64,000 nt of DNA from Cycas panzhihuaensis (lineage: Eukaryota; Plantae; Cycadophyta): positions 209,629,741 to 209,693,740 of the forward strand of contig CM041465.1 of assembly GCA_023213395.1 (NCBI GenBank). The letters are read 5' to 3'. Of this stretch, positions 37,785 to 51,836 are shown piece by piece. Positions within the stretch are counted from its first letter, which is position 1. Every line of letters begins with the position of its first letter. A program made the translations under genes and the position numbers. The notes beneath the pieces are model-generated. The model did no database searches, had not been told where the DNA came from, and saw nothing but the letters and a program-made list of their open reading frames with translations.

Positions 37785-40700
37785 TCTTTATTATAAAATG
37801 AGACATCATTATTGATGATGATGATATTAGAAACTCTAATATGATATATAATGTGTTGAAGCATGAAGGTTATTGATACCTTTCTTATCATAATGATAAG
37901 AGGAATGGCTTAACCCTACTTAGTGAAGTATTAAGTAGTTATAAGGATGAATTTGTGGCCACAAGACAAAGGTAGATACATTTTCCTAATGGGATCAAGA
38001 ACCCATAAGTAGAAAGGCCATAAAGAGACAATTGCTCTTATCAAAGTGGATGGATGATGCATAATATTAGCATGAGCTTGACACTTCTTATATTTATGAG
38101 TGTAGATGTAAGCATAAAAAAATTGTATGAGCAAGTAGTAGCCTATCTAGAGTATTCTTTGGGTTGTTATATATCCATAAAAATGCCCACCATATTATGC
38201 CATTCTCTTAGGATAATATAAATTTTGGAAGGTAGAAAGCAACTTAATATGACTTCATCAAAGGAGTGCTTATAGAGAATATCATTTCAAATAATGTAAT
38301 GGTACATTATACCTTAATTCTCTTTCTTTTCTTCTAGGTGGAATCATTGAGATAAGACTAGGTCTCTAAATAGGAGATGATATTTATATATCAACTCAAC
38401 TTATCTTTAGTAGCATCAACATAAAAGACATGCTTATCAGATAGTGAATCATCCAACTCCTTACTATATTTATTAGGAAAAAGAGAGGTTGTAAGTTATT
38501 TCATTATAGCCACCCCCTTCTTATATTTTTAGAAAACCATTTTAAGATCAATTTCTTAGAGGAGTGAGGCCCAATTAACTACTCATCTAGTGAAGTTAGT
38601 TTTTGTGAGAAGGAGGTAAATGGGGTCTATTAAAGTAATGATCCAAGTGGTATTTCATAGTATATAATGCCTCAATTTCTTACTAGAAAAGACCAAGGCC
38701 AAACATTCCTTCTTAATGAACATGTAATTTGTCTCAACATTTAACTATTGATGAGATAGATGGAGTGTTCATGGATAAAGTTATCCTCTTAAGTAAGCAT
38801 GCCCCTAAGGGACTCTTTAGTGGTAGAAGTATTTAAGATAAAAGGCCTATCGAATCTAAGTGATGCTAAAATAGGAGTAGATATTAGACCTTCCTTAAGC
38901 TTATTAAAATATTACTAGACTTTTAAAGTTTAAAGAAGATGTACAACCTTTCTAAAGAGATTGGTAAGAGGTTTGACATTAAATACAAAGTTCATAAGGG
39001 ACCTATATAGAAAGCCCAATTCCCCCAAGGAGGATTTTACTTTATTTTGGATGGTAAGTTAGAGTATTTCTATGATTTCTTTGACATTATCTAGCTTAAT
39101 TTTGATGCCTTCTTTTAAGATGACATTGCCCAAAATATTATCATAAGTTATAATAAAGATGTAATTGAAAGGATTTAAACATAATTAGTACTTTTTATAC
39201 CTCTAAAAAATGACTCAAAGGTCTTATATGTGGTCCATATAAATCTTAGAGAGATTAATAAGTCATCTAGTTAAATTCTTATAGTCCTACTAATTAAGTC
39301 ATGAGAGATATAATGCATGGTTCTTTAGTATGCTACAATAACATTTTGAAGGCCAAAGGGTATAAGCTTATAAATGAAGGTACTCCATGGGGTTGTCAAA
39401 GTAATCTTGTGGTAGTTCTTAAGAGAGATGAATATTTGGTTATCTATGAGGGAAATGACCTCAAAGTGATGGAATGGTCAAGAATTTAGTTGATGAAAGG
39501 CAATGGAAAATTACCCTCTAAACAAGCATCATTGATACCTTGGAAGTCTATACAAATGCAAATTATACCATCCTTTTTAGAAATTAGGAATGTGTCATAT
39601 ACCTACTAAGGGTAGTCATTAGACTCAATAAACCTAGTCTTGAGTCATTTTTGAATTTGTAGTTTGATGGTAGTTGAGAGGTGAGGGTAAAAGGGCCTTT
39701 ATCATTACTACTTTATCCTAGCCCTGTGGACAATAGTGATATTATAAGTGACTATATTTGGGTAGAGTCTCTTCATGTCAAAATAGTCCCATACAAATAT
39801 ATATGAAAACTCTATGAAAATCTCTTTATGTTAAATATTAGACAAAGATGTGTAATATTAACCTATGTCAAAGTTATGAATTAGGTGTGCACTATGAATA
39901 ATTATACATGTACTCACCTCACTTATTTATCTTAGGATTGGACAATATAGTAATATATTATGTGATTAGTTAGGTAATAGGTAGTGTTGTTGTATTTAAA
40001 AGGGCAGTTTATCATATAACATTTGAATGATTCATTGTAAATGGAATAATAATTACTAGCTCTTTTGGTTTTCCCCCTTGTGGGGTTTTCCATGTCTAAA
40101 TATCATGTCTAATCAGTTTGATATTATGTATGCTTCCATGCTTAAATTTATCATGCTTATTTTATTTCCTATAATAATTTTATAAAGTGTTTCAATTTGT
40201 ATCAAGTGGTATAAGAGTCTAGCTCATGTGGTTATGTTTATAGAAATTTGAATGTTTGAGTTGCATGTGGTTATTGGTGATTGGAATTAGGTGTTTTTGA
40301 TTAGATTCTTATAAGATTATTATTTATGGGTTCGAAAATCTATGTTTATATTTGCATGGTGAGTCCACATCTCATTATTAAAAATTCTTAACGTGAGTGT
40401 TGCTAGATCACAAAAGTAGGCTTAGCCACCCTACTATGGTGATCATTAGGCCCTATATTAACAACTTCCTAATGTCTATGGAAGAATTTATAGCATTTAT
40501 TGATATGTGAAGAGATCCCATGTGAAGTTATAGTTGAGAGAGATGGATGTAATTTATGTGAGCCTAAAGATCTTCAGTATCATTTTATTTTTCATATAAG
40601 TATGTATTTAAATGCTTATTATTTTGTAGTTATTGGGCAAGTTTGTTTATAGCTTAGTAGTTGTATGTGGTAGAAATCTAGAATTGAGTTTATGTTGAGC

Positions 40701-43250
40701 TCATCCATATTGATAAAATGGGTGTCTTTTTTGAGTTGTTAAACTTTAGAGATGGCCCTAATATATCAGTTGGCTATTGGGCTTAGTAGATGGCCCCAAA
40801 TAACAGTTTCTCAATAAAAGGGAGCCTTATTAAGTATTTTGAGCACTATATTTATCATGTGGGATGTTTTATTTATCCATTGGACAAATGTTTATTATGC
40901 CTAAGAGGTTACCCTAAATAGAAGCTTCTTGGAAAGAGGGAGCATTATTAGGCATTTTTAGCACTTTGTTTAACATGAGTGTTACTTGTTGGCTAGTTGT
41001 AACATGCATTGGGTGAGGATTTTTCAACTATGTTGGTGTTTTCCTTGGTGATTTCATATTGAAATTAATTCAGGCCCATAGTAGGGCATTCTCCATATTA
41101 TTTGATGGCAAGCTATAGAGTATTACATTAGAAAATTAGATGATAGATCTTCATTTTAGACATTAACATTTAATTAAGAAGATAGGTGGTTTTCTCTTTA
41201 GTTTTTAATGTTTTTTAGTAGTTTTTCACTTGAAGGAAAGTCTCACTGTGCATAAGTACTAGATTTGGCTTAAGATTTGCAATGTGTAGCTTGTTTTTAA
41301 AGAAAAAATTATGTTGAAAACCTCAAGCTAGAGTTTGGACATTTCTAGAGGTTTTTAGTAAATAAAAACTATTGTTTTCTTTACGATTCCTCTATGGAAG
41401 TAGAGTATGACAAGTTTTGGAAGTTGTCACAAGTCATAATAGCTAGAATTTATAAAAAAATTAGAGAAAATTGATCAAATTTATACTCTATATGTCACGA
41501 AACCTCCATCGTCATGCATCATTCATGTGCATTAAAAATTTCATGAATTAATTAAAATTTCTATAACCTAAAGTTTATAAATGTATTGAACTCATTTGGA
41601 GAATGTTTTAAAGTTTAGCAAGCCCTTAAGCAAGGTCATATAACCTCTACAAATGATTGTGAATTTTTAAGGAAGGGGGCTAAATGCTTATTTTAGGGTG
41701 ATATGTTATCATTATTTTGGATATGACTCCTTTTTACAATGCTAAAATTTAGTTTTGTATGAAATATTGGAAAGCCATCTTATGTACCTTACAAATAAGT
41801 GGTCACAAGGTGTATTGTAATTATATATTGATATATATTTTAATTCATAAAATGGACCAAAGTTTTTGAGCGTGCCTTTTATTAAAGATTTTGGATTAGT
41901 TAATGATGTTTTTTGGGAAAAGTAAGTTTATTTTTCTTTGTCTATTGGGGTCTTATTGATATTAAGTCAATATTAAGGGTTGTGGGGGGAGTGGATGTGA
42001 ATGTTGAATATTAGATAAATATGTATAATGTTGACTTGTGTTAAAGTCATTAATAAGTATGCACTATGAATAGTTATGCATGTACTTATCTCATTCGTCT
42101 ATCTTATCATTGGACAACATAGTAGTGTATCACAAGATTGGTCAGGTAATAGGTGGTTTTACTTTATTTAAATATAAATGTTATCATATAATAATTGGGG
42201 GATTCATTGTGAATGGAATAATAACTACCGGCTCCTATGTTTTTTTTTTCTTTATGGGTTTTTCTATATATAAATCTTATGGTTGATGTATTTGGTGTTA
42301 TGCTTACTTACATGCTTAAAGTTATCATATTTATTTTATCTCCCATAATGCTTTTATAATGTGTTTTAATTTTTATTAATTTGCTAAATCTCCTCTAAGG
42401 AGTACTAAGCCCTATATTGATGATTCATGGCTCATTATTAATCCTGCGGTCTACATCAATCATCTTACCTAATAGTAGTTTATTGCCCTCCTCAAAGTGA
42501 AAATGAATGAGATTGACAAGAGGATAAGATTTAGGGCTATCATGATCCTTAGAGGTAAAGTGTGAATTTAGGTGAATGAACTTAGGAAAATAAAGTTTAT
42601 GGTGATTAGGAGGAAGGCTAGATAATGACCTTACCAAGTGTCCCAAAATCACTTCATCATTTTTAAAATGGTTAAGACTTTGAATGACCTTGGTAATCAT
42701 GTTAACTCTTTTTACTTTGATTTTACCACCTATGTTGGATGGTTTAATTAAGAAGTACTAACCAAAATTGAGTGTGATAAAGGGAGGGTCAACGTCATCA
42801 TCATCTGAAATGGTGTCAACTAAGGAAATATATTTATAATGGGGTTTATGCCTATACCTAACTACTTTAACTTCCTCATCATGAATTAACTAAATTTAGC
42901 CAAATAAGGACAAGCACATTGCTAACATATGGTCTACCCATGGATTGCCTAATAAAATATTATAATCAAGATCTATGTCCATGATGGTCAATTTAGTCAT
43001 AATGATTTTACATTTGAGAGTTAAGGGTAAGGTCACTTTTTCCATAGGGGTTATTTCAGTTTTAATATATCCTTAACAAATCTAATTCAGAGGATCAAAT
43101 CCAAGATTTCGAGAGCTTCTAGAAGTTGAATGAGAATGATGTTAATGAAGGACCCTAAGTCTACTATATATTTATTAATAGTCCACTCATTATATTACAA
43201 ACCTTATTCATAACTAAGAGCAAACTTTAGATTTTAGAAGGAAAAGGAGA
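37785..43250 (-). mobile_element. Non-chromoviral Ty3/gypsy (Tat/Ogre-like) pol remnant G, interrupted by element H
   Basis: Minus strand: protease IVDLGSFIN (~43141-43170), YNILLGNPWV (~42935-42965), EFSYIFVWDYFDM (~39775-39812), RT and RNase H remnants 38500-39700, integrase GGHF...RIL*IGYY (~38135-38190) and WPFYLWVLD...HKFILITT*YFTK (~37920-38020). No LTRs recognised; ends approximate. Confidence 0.85.
39829..42378 (+). mobile_element. Non-autonomous LTR element H (2.55 kb, no detectable coding capacity)
   Basis: Two strongly diverged ~376-bp direct repeats, 39829-40204 and 42002-42378 (TGTT...TATCA/TATTA). PBS-like tggtataagag at 40207. G-rich PPT-like tract ~41984-41994. Interrupts the reading frame of G. 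Confidence 0.85.
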
Positions 43251-44357
43251 GAACATACACACTTGAAAAGTGTATTAATAGTCAAATAACTAATTAATAA
43301 ATTAATAAAAGAATAAGTGATCATAAATGATACAATTAGGTGTATATTTATATGCATAAATTATGGTTTTTATATAATGATTGCATCCATTCAATGAGAC
43401 CTATGATAATGATCGATTGATTATTTATTTTAAGGTGGTTCATAATAAGACCCTCTCCTTGATATGTTTCATCCTTAAAATATAATTGAGATAATGGTTA
43501 GTTTGATGTCACCTCTTACTAATAAAAAGATATCATAATCATCTAATGTATATTGTTGAATTATAATTATCTAAACATTAAATAATAACAAATATGAATA
43601 TAAGGGTAAGCTTGAATAAGTTGATGTGATTATGGACTAGCTAGAATTTTTTGGTAGATGTTGATTATAAAAATATGGATTTTCTATATGCCTTTACCTG
43701 TAAGTTGAAGGTTACTACCAAGGAATCTTCCATTCAATTTTTATCGATAGGCATAGTATTATTTTAAAATATAAAATTTTATACCAATGCTTGAGGTCTT
43801 CTCAAATTCATTAGGAATAAAATAATTATTGCTAACATTAGGAAATCCTTGGTATACATGATGTAAATATTTAATTCATATTATTTGGTTGATTAGTAAG
43901 AGAACTTATTATTATCAGTGTTAGTAATTTTTGTTTAGATTGAACAAGAGATGTTATTGGCACTGGTTGGTTCTTCTTAAATTGATCAAGAAACGTAGAT
44001 ATAATCATTAGCATTAATAACTTTTCTAGCATATACTTAATGTATTTTTTACTATAAATTATTATATATTCTTTTTAGAATAAAACTAACTTTTGTCCTT
44101 GTTAGCTATTAATAGTTTTTTATTATTTTCCTATTATACATTATTTTCTTCTTCTTGCATGCTTAAATTATGTGTTGGGATTATCATTTAGTTTCTAGGC
44201 TCTTTTTCTTTCTGTTTTGTATGATCTTATATTCCATTAGCTTTTAGTATAGATGTTCCATCCTCATTTGCCTTATTGACACATTTATCCATGTGTGTTT
44301 CATGAATATTAGATAATTTTTTCTAATGTAATTCTTATAATCTTCTTACTTGCTCCT

Positions 44358-45284
44358 TTAATTTTTGTCTAATGCTAATAAGTAGGTATCATTAAGGTTT
44401 ACTAGTATTATAGAAGATTCTCTATATTCACCTGCACTCTTTATGTCTAAAAACTTCTCACTCTTTTTAAGATTTTTATTAGTCTTTGCTTTTGTATGTT
44501 CTTTGAATGAGAACTTTATCCTTAACAATTCCTTATTTGTAAAACCCAATTTAACTGACATAGAATGTGAAAGGGATTTATAATTTGGAACCAGAAGATG
44601 TCCATGTAAATTAGTATAATAACTGTATGATACTTGATTATGTACTGATAATAGAGGTAGACAATTTTTTCTATCTTCCTCTAAATCATTGGTCTTTACC
44701 TCCAAAAGCTTCACTTCCCATTCACTTTTCAAGTAATTCTCTTTAGAAAGTAATACCTAAAACTTTAAATAGTCTTCAAGCCAATGATGATTGATTAGCT
44801 TTAATCCTATTTGTTTAGCAACCCTATACTTGTTCCCTCCATACCTATAACAAATGAGATGCATTACTTCACTCGTAATGAATGGCTTTATAAATTTTGC
44901 TCCCATTATTTCAACCATTCCCATAATACCACAATAATCTTAACCTTAATACCCCATCAAGCAAATTCACAAAGATGCACCACCTAGAATGCTAATCATA
45001 TCTCTTACAGATCTATACAAAATCTTATCAATATCTATAAGTACTCCCTTGGCTAAACTATCTACAACCCATAACTGTGTAACCAACACCTTCCCATCTT
45101 TCATGGCCATGGCATAAATGGGATCTTTGTATTTAAGTTGGTAAATAATGACATAAGTATAACTTATATCATATCATCCTATGTTGAATGACACATTGTA
45201 CTCAAGCTTTATTGCATATTTATTTTGTGTTATAGGGTCAAATCCTACTAGCATAAATCTTATTCCTTGAAATCATACTCTCAT
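44358..45284 (-). pseudogene. Intron-less pseudogene of a BRCT-domain protein (At4g02110-like), N-terminal tandem BRCT region
   Basis: One unbroken frame with 6 premature stops: FQGIRFMLVGFDP...YTYVII..LKYKDPIYAMAMKDGKVLVTQLWVVDSL..GVLID..KILYRSVRD...ILGG.SL*ICLMGY*G*D..GIMGMVEIMGAKFIKPF...VMHLICYRYGGNKYRVAKQIGLKLINHHWLEDYLKF*...ENYLKSEWEVKLLE. Colinear with the At4g02110 N-terminus as recalled from memory. May extend below 44358. Confidence 0.88.
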
Positions 45285-46215
45285 TCTCTTGCCTTACTTT
45301 TGAAAATCTTATTAGCATTATGTATACATACATGTAATAGGTTGTGAGTGTCTTCATGAGATCTTTGTATGATATGTTAAAGTGGGTATAATGTATCTGA
45401 TGTATAAATCTCATCTTCCTAAAAACTATCATGATATGCCTTGACTTAGTGAAATGTATTGTTGTAGATTCTTATGTTATTGTTATGCCTTTCAATATAT
45501 GTAGTTGTCTTTGGTGTTTTACTTATATGTGGGATTCTATAAAATACCTTCTGGCCACTACTTTGGAGCTTGTTTAATTATCAATTGATGCTTTTAAACA
45601 CTACATTTAAAATGAGTATATATTATATTAAAAATTATATTTAGGAATATATAATATATGAAATATGATATACTATATAATATGATGTATACTATTTCTA
45701 ATATATATAATTTAAAATTTAAAATTTAATATATGAACTATACAATATATAATAATATATAAGATAGACAATGTTATATAATATATACTATGTAGCAAAT
45801 GTAACCTAAGTAATATGTATATATAGGACTATACAAGAGACTAGGGAGATAGATGACATAAGACCTAGGAGATGGATAATAAAAGCCCAGTGAGGCAAAA
45901 GACGATAAAAGATGTAGGAAGAAATGGATGGAACAAATGGATGTATGAAGTCAATCCCACCTAAACCAAATGATAGAGTGATGAAAAAGGATGAACATAC
46001 ATAGAGGAGTCAACCAAGGAGTTAATATACAAATGAATAGATGAGAAGGATGACCAAATAGATGCAAGATACTAATCAATAGACAGATAGACCGAGAGGA
46101 GGATTGCTCTACTTTAGAAAACGTATAGATATTTTTTTAACATGTTTAATCTCCTCTACTTATGATTCTTTAAGATGCTTTTGTACTTTACTATCCTATG
46201 CAAATAGTGGAGAAT

Positions 46216-46495
46216 TGTTAGAATTAGGAATGTAATAAGCATATCAAACCCTAATGGTGAGTAATAAAAAGATGAAGTATGTACAAAATAGACACCATGT
46301 TGGAGAATTAGCTAAAACTCAATTATGAACAAATAATAGTACATACTTATAGTACAAGCTCACCACTAGTGAGAGAATCCAATTGGACTACTTAGAGGTG
46401 GCACACATATCAAGGTGGCCCACAACTATAATATAAAATACAAAAGATAGAGAGTGTTTATATAAGGCTAATGGAATTGAGTATTACACCTAACA
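46216..46495 (-). repeat. Probable 3' LTR (280 bp) of a truncated LTR element, with adjacent PPT
   Basis: TGTTAG...CTAACA perfect 6-bp inverted termini, followed by ttccccca (minus-strand PPT). No partner LTR seen. Confidence 0.65.
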
Positions 46496-46768
46496 TTCCC
46501 CCATATAATAGTCAATTACATAAATGTCATCACATCAATGATAAGCTCAAGTCTCCAAAACTCTGCTAGATCACAAATGTTGCTGCATAGAATAAGAAAG
46601 TTACCGAAGTCAATATGAAGTGGAGTCCATCTATCAGAATGCATGGGTCATCAATCGTTGCAACCACCAGTTGGGTAGGAACTACCTTTGTATACGTGGA
46701 TCATTCAAGAGCTGACAAGAGTAGCTGAATAAGCTCCCACCCCTTGTTTATATGGTAGTGTAAGTAGG

Positions 46769-47643
<875 letters not shown>

Positions 47644-48353
47644 AGTAAAAAATATAATTATCTACTATAGGTCTCTAATAGGCATGAACTAGGTCCTAAA
47701 ACTTATAGATAATTTCTCAAATAGATTTTTTATCTCCTTATTTTACAAAGAGAAAGGATTTTTTCCCTATCTTGAATAGGTGAGATATGTCAAAATAGTT
47801 GATGAATGTATTGATAAGTCATTGGAAAGACAATATAAAGGCATTAGGTAGCTTATAGAATAATTTCTAAGCATCTCATAACAAGGTTTTAGGGAAGATT
47901 CTTATGTTGATGTAGTAATAGGAAATGTTGTCTACATAAGCCAGAGCAATATCTTGAATATGTCATATAAGAATCAACCTTAGCTCCCCATAGAACTTTA
48001 GGAGTTTTGGTATGATGGGAGGAAGTGGGTACATAAGGACCTCTTACAAAAAGGGGTTCCTCTTATAATTTGTATAAGATCTCCTCAATAATGAGGAGAA
48101 AGAAGGTAATGGACTTGTAGTTGAGGTTGTAGACCTATCACATAAGTAAGATGTCCTTAAATTAGAGGGGGTTATTGTTATAAGACACCCATATTAAACC
48201 ATGAAGGTTAAGATCTAGGGTTGTCCATAAAAAGGATTGTGTTAGCTCTAGGCCAAGCTAGATAAAACCCCATATTAAAGATCTATAAAGTAGGAATGGT
48301 TGATTTAAAAGTGACATTGTAGGCATATGTGGCAACTCTAGTAGGAAGGAACC

Positions 48354-50470
48354 TGTTACATGCTTAATCCTGTAACCAAATCAATATAAAGAAATATAAA
48401 GAGAAATAGAAGAAATAAGATGAAGGAAGAAGGTAAGGTTCCGAAGAACATCCATTAACATATCATTGTATCATATTCTCCTCTTTACAATAGAGTGGGG
48501 TATATATAATACTCACCCCCATATTATTATATTCCTACCTTTATGTCAACCAATCTTATTAATCCTCATATGATGGAGGGTCATAGCCCTCTCTAACATG
48601 TGATGTTAGCTCACTACATTACCTCTCCCCTCAGATGCTTCACCCTTGAAGTATCCTAATACATAGATGCATGTGACCACCTCCTACTATTGGTGACCAA
48701 CCGATAGGTCCATCGAAGGTTGTCCGAAAATCTGCGTATAGAATAGGGATCTATCCATCCTAAGTAGATCTTTATATATTTAGAATCTTTATAACGTTGG
48801 AACCTCAAGCTTGAATGATTTATATTTTTGTGGCACTTAGTTTGTAAGGGATTTATATAATACGGGTGACGATGCTGCATCTCCTGATAATGTGGGTGTT
48901 GATAAGGTCCCACTTTGGTATGTGCTCCAACTTTTGATGAGTGATGGTCTTCCTTTACCTTCGCTACAATTGGTGGTTTGGGATGGCAATCAACTTTTGC
49001 TACTTACTCCTCATGTTCAATGTCTCCCTCATCATCTTTATTTTGTTCTTAACTTTAAGGAGTGGGGAGAATTACTTATTCCACTTTACGATTATATTTC
49101 TCAAGTATTTGATGAGCTTCTTGTTTATCTTGCTCCAAGCTTTGCATCTGATTCCACTAAGAAGCATTATAGTTTAAGTTAATAAAAAACTCTAACCATA
49201 AATATGAAGTACGTTGACAAGATGTGTTATACCACTACTTAAACCAAAGATAAGCTTCTCCTTGTAGATACAACGAGGCTACTTTAGTCGTCTCTATTTT
49301 GCTTAGATAGTTAGCATCAAGTGATTTTAAATATGTAGACATATCATTGAGCCAGTCTTCTATAGAAAGAGTCTCATCTGCATTAAATGTGTGAGGTATG
49401 GGTCTTTCTATAGCCATGTTGAAGTGGGTATAGCAGAGATTAGGGGGTGTCTATAGCCAATTATCCCCCAATTTTAATACAAAAGAGATATTAGGCCTCA
49501 AGAGTGATGGTTTTGTGACCAACATCTGAACAACCAAATATATAATATGGAAACTTTAACTTTAAAATTTTAATTTTAGAAAAAAATATCACTTAAAAGT
49601 ACATAAAATATGGCTAAAAGTCACAATCACTAAAATATGATTCCAATGGTTCAGACGAAATCAAATTTTGATGTCTAAATCAAAAGTTATAGCTGTTTAA
49701 GAAATTTGTTGCTAGGGTTTCTAAGGACTGTAATAGTACCTTCTAATAAAATACTAATAATGCTCTACTTTGACCTTTTATTAACCTCAAACCACTTCCA
49801 TTAGAAAGAAAATTTAAAAATGCACAGAATCAAAAAAAATTTGAGGTCATTTGGACACTTGTAGCTAAAGTTATGGCTCTTTGAAGTTGAGGTTGCAGAT
49901 CTATCCCAAAAATATGTCAACAGAAAAGGAGGTTGAAATAAAATTGGCTATAATTTCTACAATTTTTCTTTAAAACTAGTACTATAACCACTTAAAAATT
50001 ATGGCACTGGCCCTTTCATCTTAAATTCATTGATGTTTCTTCAAGAATCTTTCATTTTTTCTCCCAACAAGTAGAACTTCCATATGCCAAAAACCTTGAA
50101 AAAATAATTTAGCCAAAAATGAATCCTTAGCTCTTATATGGATCAGAAAATGACTTTGATCTTTCAGGCAACTTTCCACGATTGCAACACAGCTCTGATA
50201 TCACTTGTTATATTCTTAATCCTGTAATCAAATCAATATAAAGAAGTATAAAGAGAAATAGAAGAAATAAGATGAAAGAAGAAGGTAGGGTTCCGAAGAA
50301 CATCCATTAACATATCATTGTATCATATTCTCCTCTTTACAATAGAGTGGGGTATATATAATACTCACCCCCATATTATTATATTCCTATCTTTATGTCA
50401 ACCAATCTTATTAATCCTCATATGATGGAGGGTCATAGCCCTCTCTAACATGTGGTGTAGGCTCACTATA
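48354..50470 (-). mobile_element. Short gag-only LTR retroelement F (TR-GAG-like, 2117 bp)
   Basis: 265-bp LTRs at 48354-48618 and 50206-50470. TSD gaacc (48349-48353 and 50471-50475). PBS 50192-50203, PPT 48619-48635. Single decayed frame 49417-48656, no pol. Confidence 0.92.
48656..49417 (-). pseudogene. Truncated Gag (capsid N-terminal part) fused to an unrecognised C-terminal region
   Basis: ORFs 49235-49417 and 48656-48913 are in the same frame (254 codons in total, ~6 internal stops). PHTFNA...EDWL..M..Y...KVASLYLQGEAYLWF is a gypsy Gag signature. Confidence 0.75.
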
Positions 50471-51836
50471 GAACCCACCTACACTTAACTAAGATATAAA
50501 GGGTAGATCATAAGGTCCCTATGTGACATGTTATCTCACTAAAATATTTAGGTAGTTGGATAAGCAATAGGTCACTAAGGAGGAGGTATAACTCCTAAAG
50601 GAGTGAATTTAGTCGATGAGGAAAAAGGCAATGTATAATTAGTGGGAGTAGGTCCCACCTAAGCTATTTGAGTAGGGGCGCTGGTCAATGTATGAGATAA
50701 CATAGACTAAGGAGTAGGTATATAAAAAGGAGGAACAAAATAACTCCATGGTAGGATAAAAGTAGTGCATTCTTAAGAAAGGATGATAATGATCACATGA
50801 GGAATGAATGGTGGAGTGATTGAAAATATACAAACTCAAAAAAAATTTGAGGTCATTTGGATGCTTGTAGCCAAAGTTATGGCTCTTTAAAATTGAGGTT
50901 GCAGATCTGTCCCAAAAATACGTCAACAAAAAAGTAGGTTGAAATAAAATTGGCTATAATTTCTGCAACTTTTCTTCAAAACTAGTACTATGACCACTTA
51001 AAAATTATGGCACAGGCCCTTTTGTCTTAAATTCTTTGATGTTTCTTCAAGAATCTTTCATTTTTTCTCCCAACAAGTAGAACTTCCATATGCCAAAAAC
51101 CTTGAAAAGAAAATTTAGCAAAAAATAAATCCTTAGCTCTTATATGGATCAGAAAATGACTTTGATCTTTCAAGCAACTTTCCACGATCGTAACACAGCT
51201 CTGATACCACTTGTTACATTCTTAATCCTATAACCAAATCAATATAAAGAAATATAAAGAGAAATAGAAGAAATAAGATGAAAGAAGAAGTTAGGGTTCC
51301 AAAGAACATCCATTAACATATCATTGTATCATATTCTCCTCTTTACAATAGAGTGGGGTATATATAACACTCACCCCCATATTATTATATTCCTATCTTT
51401 ATGTCAACCAATCTTATTAATCCTCATATGATGGAGGGTCATAACCCTCTCTAACATGTGGTGTAGGCTCATTACAGAACCCACCTACACTTAACTAAGA
51501 TATAAAGGGTAGATCATAAGGTCCCTATGTTACATGTTATCTCACTAAAATATTTAAGTTGTGGGATAAACAATAGGTCACTAAGGAGGAGGTATAACTC
51601 CTAAAGGAGTGGATTTAGTTGATGAGGAAAAAGGCAATATATAATTAGTGGGAGTAGGTCCCACCTAAGCTATTTGAGTAGGAGTGGTAGTCAATGTATG
51701 AGATAACATAGACTAAGGAGTAGGTAGATACAAAGGAGGAACAAAATAACTCCATGGTAGGATAAAAGTAGTGCATTCTTAAGAAAGGATGACAATGATC
51801 ATATAAGGAATGAATGGTGGAGTGATTGAAAATGTA
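49814..51836. repeat. 1006-bp tandem duplication containing leader end, PBS, LTR, TSD and flank (third LTR at 51212-51476)
   Basis: Constant 1006-bp offset: LTR starts 50206/51212, gaacc at 50471/51477, border motif at 49814/50820/51826. Confidence 0.95.
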
